Assembly: GCA_030606515.1 (NCBI GenBank)
Contig: JAUWGF010000001.1
Span: 1-40,571, forward strand
From: Deltaproteobacteria bacterium
Lineage (GTDB): Bacteria > Desulfobacterota > Dissulfuribacteria > Dissulfuribacterales > UBA3076
DNA length: 40,571 bases
Direction: 5' to 3'
Position 1 is the first letter of the stretch, and the number at the start of each line of letters is the position of its first letter. This document shows positions 15,726 through 22,611 of this stretch, piece after piece. The notes beneath the pieces are model-generated. The model searched no databases, was not told the origin of the DNA, and was given only the letters and a program-made list of their open reading frames with translations. The position numbers and the translations under genes are program-made.

Positions 15726-17681
15726 ATGTTTCACATAGATATAGAAAAACAAAACGAACTTACACAGGAACAGATCTCTGAGCTACAGACCATGTGGAAC
15801 AGATGTGCCGCGCGCATTATCCTTTCCACTACCCTTGCAAAAAGCGGTCATCCAGGTGGCTCTCTTTCTTCCCTGCACACCCTGCTTGTCCTTTACAGCA
15901 TAATCAAACATCGTCCGGCAGAACCCCGCTGGCCGGACCGTGACCGCGTAGTCGTGAGCATCGGGCATATCTCTCCATGTGTATACAGCGTACTCGCTGA
16001 ATTTGGTTATTTCTCAGAGGAAGATTTCCTTACCGAGTTTCGTCGTGCCGGTTCACCCTGTGCAGGCCATGTAGAACAAACCATGCCGGGAATTGAGTGG
16101 AATACTGGAAATCTAGGCCAGGGACTTTCAGTAGGTACAGGCATATGTCTTGCCCAAAATCTCCTTGGCCGGCCGGGCAAAACAATCGTCCTCATGGGCG
16201 ACGGAGAACAGCAGAAGGGACAGGTAGCTGAAGCCAGACGATTTGCAACAAAATTCGGGCAAGGAAACCTGATCGGTGTAGTCGACAGGAATCACCTCCA
16301 GATTGGAGGTTCCACTGAAGATATCATGCCGGTCCATGTAAGGGATGAATATGTTGCCGCAGGCTGGAATGTATTGTATGTACCGGACGGCCATGATTTT
16401 CAGACCATATTCCAGGCCCTGAAAAGGGCATGGGTACATGACGGCCTTACGCCCAGCCGCCCCACGGTTATGGTCATGCGTACTGTCATGGGAAAAGGCA
16501 TCTCTTTTATGGAAGACAAGGCAAAGTATCATGGGTCTCCGCTGCCAAAAGATGATGCCGAGACGGCTTTGAGAGAACTGGGACAAGATAAGGACCTACT
16601 TGAGCTGTGGTCAAAAAACAGGGCTGAACACAAAATAAAGGGACCATGCAAAATACCAGAGGCAGACTTCCCATCTATTGACGCTGGAGAACCCATTGTC
16701 TACGGCATTGAGACCAAAACAGACTGCCGCTCTGCATACGGCTTAGCATTAAAGGATCTGGCTCAAAGGAACAATGTTCAGGATTCCACCCCAAAGATCG
16801 TAGGATTTAGCTGTGACCTGGAAGGATCAGTAAAGATGCAGGGGCTTCACCATGTTTCCCCCACTGCCTTCATAGAGACAGGCATACAAGAGCACCACGC
16901 AGCTACCTGCGCCGGAGCAGTGAGCAGAGAGGGATTGGCCACCTTCTTCAGCACCTTTGGGGTCTTTGCCGCAGCAGAGACTTACAACCAGCACCGTTTA
17001 AATGATCTCAATGAAACCCACCTTAAAATTGTGTCTACTCACGTAGGACTGGACGTGGGAGAAGATGGCCCGACCCATCAAAGCATCGACTATGTAGGAC
17101 TTTTCAACAACCTCTTTGGCTTCTCTATATTCATGCCGGCAGATCCAAATCAAACTGACAGGATAGTCCGTTATGTGGCCACCAATCCGGGCAATGTCTT
17201 TGTGGGTATGGGAAGGTCCAAGTTGTCAATTATTACCACAGAGGATGGAAAACCGTTGTTCGATGCAGACTATGTGTTTCGGCCCGGGCAGGCAGACTGG
17301 TTGAGACAGGGGGATAGGGCCACTTTTCTCACCTATGGTTCAGCCACATCCCATGTTCTCGAAGCATGGTCAATTCTTGACTCGGAGGGCCTATCAACAG
17401 GGGTGCTCAACATGGCCTCACTCAAGCCTATAGACAGAGAATCAATACTTGAGGCGGCCAAGAAAGGGCCCCTCGTAACGGTTGAAGACCATGTGGCCCG
17501 CACAGGTCTGGGGACCATGGTGGCGCAGGAACTTATAGCGGCAGGCGCACACCAGCAGCTCCTCACTCTTGGAGTGACTCATTATGGTTCTTCAGGCAAG
17601 CCGGATGATCTGTATCGCGTTCAGGGCCTTGATGCCGAAAGCCTTGCCAGAAAGGTGGAAGAGTTCCTGATGTTGTCTTAA
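15726..17681 (+). CDS. tkt: Transketolase (single-chain)
   Basis: LAKSGHPGGSLS, GNLGQGLSVG, MGDGEQQKGQ (ThDP motif), and pyrimidine-binding and C-terminal domains (GIQEHHA, HVGLDVGEDGPTHQ). ATG 15726 is preferred to TTG 15714. No clear SD. Confidence 0.85.
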   Translation: MFHIDIEKQNELTQEQISELQTMWNRCAARIILSTTLAKSGHPGGSLSSLHTLLVLYSIIKHRPAEPRWPDRDRVVVSIGHISPCVYSVLAEFGYFSEEDFLTEFRRAGSPCAGHVEQTMPGIEWNTGNLGQGLSVGTGICLAQNLLGRPGKTIVLMGDGEQQKGQVAEARRFATKFGQGNLIGVVDRNHLQIGGSTEDIMPVHVRDEYVAAGWNVLYVPDGHDFQTIFQALKRAWVHDGLTPSRPTVMVMRTVMGKGISFMEDKAKYHGSPLPKDDAETALRELGQDKDLLELWSKNRAEHKIKGPCKIPEADFPSIDAGEPIVYGIETKTDCRSAYGLALKDLAQRNNVQDSTPKIVGFSCDLEGSVKMQGLHHVSPTAFIETGIQEHHAATCAGAVSREGLATFFSTFGVFAAAETYNQHRLNDLNETHLKIVSTHVGLDVGEDGPTHQSIDYVGLFNNLFGFSIFMPADPNQTDRIVRYVATNPGNVFVGMGRSKLSIITTEDGKPLFDADYVFRPGQADWLRQGDRATFLTYGSATSHVLEAWSILDSEGLSTGVLNMASLKPIDRESILEAAKKGPLVTVEDHVARTGLGTMVAQELIAAGAHQQLLTLGVTHYGSSGKPDDLYRVQGLDAESLARKVEEFLMLS

Positions 17682-17701
17682 TACATGGTGCCGAAGAAAC
17701 A

Positions 17702-18742
17702 CTAAATGATCAGGTTTGGAATTTCCATTTCCCCATTTTGGAAAGCTCTGATGAAAGCATCGACGACTTTGGGATCAAAATCCTTTCCCGAACCTTTAAC
17801 GATGATTTCCTTGGCTTTAAATGGAGATACTGCCTTGCGGTAAGGACGATCGCTTACCAGGGCATCATATACATCTGCCACGGAGAGGACTTTAGCCTCT
17901 ATAGGGATCTTTTCCCCTTTGATCGGATGATAGCCTGATCCATCATACTTGTCGTGGTGAGCCAAAATGATAGGAATAATGTTGCCCAGGGGAGCTTCTA
18001 CTAAATCCAGAATATCAGCACCCAGTTCCACATGGTTTTTCATTGTTTCACGCTCTTTCTCGGTCAATTGCGCTGCCTTGTAAAGAATTTCCCGGCCGAT
18101 ATCGATTTTTCCAATGTCATGGAGCAAGGCAGCGGCACGAACCGTTTCAATTTGTTGAGGAGCGAGTCCGAGGTAGGTAGCGATCTTAGCTGAATAGATC
18201 GAAACGCGGTAACAATGGTTTTCGGTATACTTATCTTTGGAAATGAAATGGCGCAGAATCACCAGAAGACCCCGGTAGGTCTTTTGGAGTTCACGCATCT
18301 GTAGTGCCTGACGCTCATAGAGAGTACCCATTGAATATGCAATAATCACTAACATACTGGCCCAAGCCATGATTTCATACCATTGGCCGCTCACTGAATT
18401 GAATTGTTCCATCTCGTTGAACAGATCTGAGTTGAAGTGTAAAACAAGACCTACTAGTAAGATGCTGGCCACTGCAGTCAGAACGGCATGGCGACGTCCG
18501 AAAAAATAGGCGGAAAAAATGGTAGGAATGACGTATAGCTGCAGCAACATCTGTTGGGCGGTCAACAGATAATTCATGATGCCAATGATAGAAAACATGG
18601 ACAAGATCATCCACAGCTCTTTGTTCGCTTCCATAATCTGGCGCAACAATTTTGTCTTCCATCGCCGAAATTTGTCTGAAGTTAAACCGGGCGGTATAGT
18701 GTCGAGAATCAATTCTTCTCTGCTTTTAGCTTGCTCAGTCAT
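17702..18742 (-). CDS. Membrane-anchored HD-GYP-type phosphohydrolase (probable c-di-GMP phosphodiesterase), variant GYHP motif
   Basis: About 5 TM helices, then the HD domain (AALLHDIGKI) and HHDKYDGSGYHP in place of HHExxDGxGYP. ATG 18742 has SD agggggg. The alternative upstream ATG is at 18772. Confidence 0.8.
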   Translation of the reverse strand: MTEQAKSREELILDTIPPGLTSDKFRRWKTKLLRQIMEANKELWMILSMFSIIGIMNYLLTAQQMLLQLYVIPTIFSAYFFGRRHAVLTAVASILLVGLVLHFNSDLFNEMEQFNSVSGQWYEIMAWASMLVIIAYSMGTLYERQALQMRELQKTYRGLLVILRHFISKDKYTENHCYRVSIYSAKIATYLGLAPQQIETVRAAALLHDIGKIDIGREILYKAAQLTEKERETMKNHVELGADILDLVEAPLGNIIPIILAHHDKYDGSGYHPIKGEKIPIEAKVLSVADVYDALVSDRPYRKAVSPFKAKEIIVKGSGKDFDPKVVDAFIRAFQNGEMEIPNLII

Positions 18743-18817
18743 TTTAACCCCCCTGCCATTAACTTCGAGCATCCAATAAAAAAAATCCCATGAGACATTC
18801 TTTTTGACCTTAATTTG

Positions 18818-18844
18818 TTATCGACCATTAAGTTCAATTTCTTA
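18818..18844 (-). promoter_or_regulatory. Sigma-28 (FliA)-like promoter for the HD-GYP gene
   Basis: Minus strand TAAG (18844..18841), N15, GTCGATAA (18825..18818). The consensus I recall is TAAA-N15-GCCGATAA. Confidence 0.5.
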
Positions 18845-18849
18845 AAAAT

Positions 18850-18882
18850 GGAAGGTGGATACACGCTCATTCTGGAAAAAAC
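18850..18882 (+). pseudogene. 33-nt relic of an skp paralogue
   Basis: ggaaggtggatacacgctcattctggaaaaaac compared with skp 15551-15584 ggaaggtggatatacactcattctggaaaaaaac. Both substitutions are synonymous in the skp frame (tat->tac, aca->acg). Similarity ends abruptly on both sides. Confidence 0.55.
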
Positions 18883-18963
18883 GCGGAGTGCACTTGGATG
18901 TGTGAGCACTTTTAACAACGAGCAACGCAGCCATCGGACCAAAGACAGAATTCTGCATAAGCC

Positions 18964-19764
18964 TCAGGATTTTCCTGGTTCGGTCATCTTATCATCACCA
19001 ACAAGCTCGGGAAGCAGATCTACCAGTCTCAACCAGATCTGTTTCAATGGTCCCGGATCAAAACTATTGCTGCCGTAGCTTGTTGAAAGGGCCTCGACCA
19101 GTCTCTCTTCCCACTCGTCAAGAGCTGCCGCCACCTCACCGTAATCCATGTATTTTGCAGAGGCCCTTAGCCTTTTTATTGCATCCTGACTGGCAGACAA
19201 CCATTCCTCCTCGGGCCAGTCAGGCACATTGGCCAGAGGTTCGGATACCTCTTTTGAGAACAAAGGAGTAATTGCTCCATCCCTAGCCTTTATCGCATTC
19301 CGGGCCTGTCGATCCGGTAATCCCGAATCATGGCCGGGAGTTGCTTCGCGTGCGTCAGAATCGACTTTCTCCGACCGTGAATCAAAGAGTATGGCGTTCT
19401 GATCTTCAACATTGTCTAATGCACTGCTTGATTCCGCATTCTTCTCTGCTACTTCTTGCACCAGCTTCTGTAATCGATCCAGCCTTGAAAAAATCAGGTT
19501 AATAACATCTTCTGTAAAAACCAGACTACCCTTACGGGCCTTATCAAACAGATTTTCCATACTATGGGCAAGTGTGGCTATTTGTTCAAGGCCCACATGG
19601 TCCGCTGCACCTTTTATACTTTGCATATTACGAAAACATTCATCCAGAAAAGAAGAGTTGTGAGACTCCTGTCCTAATAGCAACAGGTTTAATTCCATCT
19701 CCTGGAGGTTTCCCTCGACTTCAACAACAAAATTTTGCAAAATTTCCTGATCAAACTGATTCAT
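18964..19764 (-). CDS. CheA-P1-like Hpt domain protein with Gln in place of the phospho-accepting His
   Basis: Residues 40-80 read LDECFRNMQSIKGAADHVGLEQIATLAHSMENLFDKARKG. This parallels CheA P1 FRAAHSIKGG...HLMENLLDEARRG (recalled). Codon 48 is CAA (19623..19621). The C-terminal roughly 150 aa are acidic and unrecognised. SD aggggat. Confidence 0.75.
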   Translation of the reverse strand: MNQFDQEILQNFVVEVEGNLQEMELNLLLLGQESHNSSFLDECFRNMQSIKGAADHVGLEQIATLAHSMENLFDKARKGSLVFTEDVINLIFSRLDRLQKLVQEVAEKNAESSSALDNVEDQNAILFDSRSEKVDSDAREATPGHDSGLPDRQARNAIKARDGAITPLFSKEVSEPLANVPDWPEEEWLSASQDAIKRLRASAKYMDYGEVAAALDEWEERLVEALSTSYGSNSFDPGPLKQIWLRLVDLLPELVGDDKMTEPGKS

Positions 19765-19817
19765 AGTATCCCCTGGCTCTCCCTGGAATCCAACACTTCA
19801 ATCTGGCTATAAGTTGT

Positions 19818-19844
19818 TTATCGACCGCTGAGTTTAATGTCTTG
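19818..19844 (-). promoter_or_regulatory. Sigma-28-like promoter for the Hpt-like gene
   Basis: Minus strand CAAG (19844..19841), N15, GTCGATAA (19825..19818), 54 nt upstream of the ATG at 19764. Confidence 0.5.
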
Positions 19845-19890
19845 ATGCAATTTCTGCGATCAGAAAAAACATGCCCGCCACAGAAATCTT

Positions 19891-19917
19891 TAACATATGA
19901 AATGATTTGGTCGATAA
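19891..19917 (+). promoter_or_regulatory. Sigma-28-like promoter for the mglB-mglA operon
   Basis: Plus strand TAAC (19891-19894), N15, GTCGATAA (19910-19917), 91 nt upstream of the mglB TTG at 20008. Confidence 0.5.
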
Positions 19918-20007
19918 AGGCTTTAGAGTATTTAATACGGGAGTCTCATTTGAGTGTTTATGCGTCTTTGATACAGAATGGCCTTTTCTTTTTGGGGAGT
20001 TTAAGCC

Positions 20008-20406
20008 TTGGCTGATTTAGTGCTGACCGCCTCAGTCCTGGAAGAAACCAGAATACAGATAGAAAACACCCTTATTAAGGCAGGCGTTAATAATGTGCTC
20101 CTGGTTGATGAAGCGGGCAATATAGTAGTTGCTTGCGGGCACAAAATCTACAACATGGACACTACATCTCTTGCTGCGCTGGCAGCAGCTAACTTTGGCG
20201 CCAGTTCACAGATTGCAAAGTTGATAGGAGAGGACGACTTTGCACTCCTGTTTCACAAAGGGAAAAAAGACAGCATACACGTTGCACGAATAGGCACTGA
20301 TTTGATCCTGGTAACAATTTTCGGAGACAATGTTTCACTGGGCTTGATCAGGCTGAGAGTAGCACAATTGGCAAAAACTATAGAAAAGACATTTGGCCAA
20401 AAATAA
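20008..20406 (+). CDS. mglB: MglB, a Roadblock/LC7-fold GTPase-activating protein
   Basis: NVLLVDEAGNIV, DTTSLAALAAANFGASSQIAKLIGEDDF, FHKGKKDS, SLGLIRLR all closely parallel Myxococcus MglB as I recall it. TTG start with SD ggggag 8 nt upstream. Confidence 0.85.
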   Translation: MADLVLTASVLEETRIQIENTLIKAGVNNVLLVDEAGNIVVACGHKIYNMDTTSLAALAAANFGASSQIAKLIGEDDFALLFHKGKKDSIHVARIGTDLILVTIFGDNVSLGLIRLRVAQLAKTIEKTFGQK

Positions 20407-20413
20407 TTAAAAT

Positions 20414-21031
20414 ATGGCGCTAATAAATCTCAGCAAAAGGGAAATATGCTGCAAGATAGTCTACTACGGTCCCGGACGATGCGGGAAGACTACGAATTTG
20501 CTCTATATATATAATGCCATGAATAATAAAGCCCGTGGCAAAATGTTGACCATTGAGACAAAAGGAGACAGAACGCTTTTTTTTGACCTCCTTCCTTTAA
20601 ATCTGGGGAAAATAAATGGCTTTAGTATAAAAATCCAGCTTTACACCGTACCTGGTCAGACAATTTATGAAGCAACCAGGAGACTGGTTCTTAGGGGTGT
20701 GGATGGTCTGGTCTTTGTTGCTGACTATCTTAAGGTACGTCATGAAAAAAACATAGGAAGCCTCCAAGATCTGCACCGCAATCTCCTTGAGCACAATCTA
20801 ACTCTGGAAGAAATCCCGATTATTCTTCAATTTAACAAATGTGACTTAGTGCCGACACCCATACCCACGCTGACTAAAGAAGAGCTTGAAACAGAGCTAA
20901 ACAGAGAACTTAAGACAAAAATTTTTGAAGCAGCAGCTACTAAAGGCACAGGGGTCTTTGAAACCCTGAAAGAAATAAGCAAAAGGACCGTTCACTATGT
21001 GGCAACAAAGCATCTTTTAACAAATCACTGA
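20414..21031 (+). CDS. mglA: MglA, a Ras-like polarity/motility GTPase
   Basis: KIVYYGPGRCGKTTNLLYIY (P-loop), GDRTLFFD (intrinsic Arg), YTVPGQ (catalytic Gln), FNKCDL, ATKGTGVFETL. It starts 7 nt downstream of mglB. Confidence 0.9.
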   Translation: MALINLSKREICCKIVYYGPGRCGKTTNLLYIYNAMNNKARGKMLTIETKGDRTLFFDLLPLNLGKINGFSIKIQLYTVPGQTIYEATRRLVLRGVDGLVFVADYLKVRHEKNIGSLQDLHRNLLEHNLTLEEIPIILQFNKCDLVPTPIPTLTKEELETELNRELKTKIFEAAATKGTGVFETLKEISKRTVHYVATKHLLTNH

Positions 21032-21084
21032 GGAAATACTCTCAGACTTGTTATTGAAATAAAAAATACTCAAGGAGAACAGCC

Positions 21085-22611
21085 ATGGATCAGACACAAA
21101 AAATCCCTGATCCCAAGAACTTCACTGAAAACCTAGAAAGTACTATTGACGAACTATTTAGTGCATCACGACAGATAGAAATCGACCCCTTAACTAATGA
21201 AGTGAAGGATTTGTCGCAAGACAAAACAGATCAAGGAACGTCCTTTCAGGTTGTAGACCAGGGAGAAAAGCATCCGGAAGAAATCCAGATCTCAGATACC
21301 ATAGAGATGGAAGCTCCTGCTCAACAAATAGATATTACCACTGACGAAAAGATATTGGAATTAGATTCAGGGCCGGAGCTGGAGCCTGAAGAGAAAGAGA
21401 CTGAGGCTGTCAATCTGGAACAACAGTTCAGCCAACTCAATCAGCTGTTGTTGACCCTGGAGTGGGAGGTCACTCAACCACACGTAGTATCAGCCAAAAA
21501 CCTGATAGAGACAATCCGGAAAAATCCAAAGATAGAGGCAGACAAAAATCTCCACGAACTGTTCAATCTTATAATAAGGATCCTTGAAGGGATGGCGGAC
21601 AATCCTGAAAAAGTGCCCACTTCCGGGCCCGAAGCCCTGCAGAAAGGCCTTGACAGTTTAAAAAACCTTGTTTGGAACGAGGAACAGGACCCAAAGGCTA
21701 AAGAGGAACTCTTGAGATCCGCCAAGAAAGAGCTTGAATCAGCCATAGACATGGCAGTGCCTGAGGTTGCCCACGAAGTGTCCGAGGAGGCGGTTTCAGA
21801 ACGCCTTGTTGAGGATGTTAATGATCTTGAACCAGTGCTTGAAGATGCAGTCAAATTCCATATCAAAGTCCTTGATGACTGTATAGGTTATATTTTACCA
21901 GTTGAAAAGCTCCTTGCCCGGACTCCGGGGATGGAAAAGCTACATCATTTTCAGCAAAATGTTAAAAGCAGGCTTGAAAAACAAAAGAAAATATTGGAAA
22001 AGGCCTTAACCGGCGATTACGAGCCATCAGTTGATGTGCGTGATTATGCTGCTCAACAAACCGAAGACATCACCATAGAAATTGATAAAAAAGAAGAAAC
22101 ACCCTCAGTGACCATATCCTGCCCGTGGTATGAACTTGTAATTGCCCAATGGGACCAGAAGCAAGTGGCATTTGTCCCTGAAGATGTAGCATTTGCCGGG
22201 ACTGCTCCCTGGCGGGCCAAGAAAGGCATTAATAAGCTGGAAACCTTTAAATTAAAGAAGCTCAAGACCTGGCCATGGACAAAGCTTCAGCCATTGATGC
22301 AAGGGGAATTGTCGAATCAGGAAGAATCACAGCTTATAAAACTCGAGTTTCCGGTATTGCAAAAATCGATTTCATCTTTCAGCTACTCTCAGCCCCCAGA
22401 CAATCCGACTGTATCAGTCTTATGCCGTGGGGATAAAGGACTGGTCCTCATGCTGGACACCCCTTTAGAGACCATTTCTGTAACACCTGAGTGTTCATGG
22501 GAACCGTCCGCAGAAAGTAATGGACCATGGGTCGGCAACCTGAAGATAGAAAACAAACAAATATCCGTGGCAACGCTGGAAAGTCTCTTAAATACACTGA
22601 CAAATGAATAA
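21085..22611 (+). CDS. Orphan acidic protein (508 aa), function unknown; possible degenerate CheW-like C-terminal domain
   Basis: Strong SD aaggaga. The first roughly 120 aa are rich in E, D and Q. A helical middle follows (LLLTLEWEVTQPHVVSAKNLIETI...). The beta-rich C-terminus (YELVIAQWDQKQVAFVPEDVAF ... VSVLCRGDKGLVLMLDTPLETISV ... VGNLKIENKQISVATLESLL) is loosely CheW-like. Its stop overlaps the next start. Confidence 0.6.
   Translation: MDQTQKIPDPKNFTENLESTIDELFSASRQIEIDPLTNEVKDLSQDKTDQGTSFQVVDQGEKHPEEIQISDTIEMEAPAQQIDITTDEKILELDSGPELEPEEKETEAVNLEQQFSQLNQLLLTLEWEVTQPHVVSAKNLIETIRKNPKIEADKNLHELFNLIIRILEGMADNPEKVPTSGPEALQKGLDSLKNLVWNEEQDPKAKEELLRSAKKELESAIDMAVPEVAHEVSEEAVSERLVEDVNDLEPVLEDAVKFHIKVLDDCIGYILPVEKLLARTPGMEKLHHFQQNVKSRLEKQKKILEKALTGDYEPSVDVRDYAAQQTEDITIEIDKKEETPSVTISCPWYELVIAQWDQKQVAFVPEDVAFAGTAPWRAKKGINKLETFKLKKLKTWPWTKLQPLMQGELSNQEESQLIKLEFPVLQKSISSFSYSQPPDNPTVSVLCRGDKGLVLMLDTPLETISVTPECSWEPSAESNGPWVGNLKIENKQISVATLESLLNTLTNE

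Noticed and set aside
15144-15752. 202-aa minus-strand ORF
   Set aside because: It is the complement of the K/E-rich skp gene, and its low-complexity F/L-rich translation is typical of antisense frames.
21474-21866. 130-aa minus-strand ORF inside the acidic-protein gene
   Set aside because: It is a Ser-rich antisense frame of an E-rich coding region with no start context. The plus-strand ORF is translationally coupled to its neighbours.
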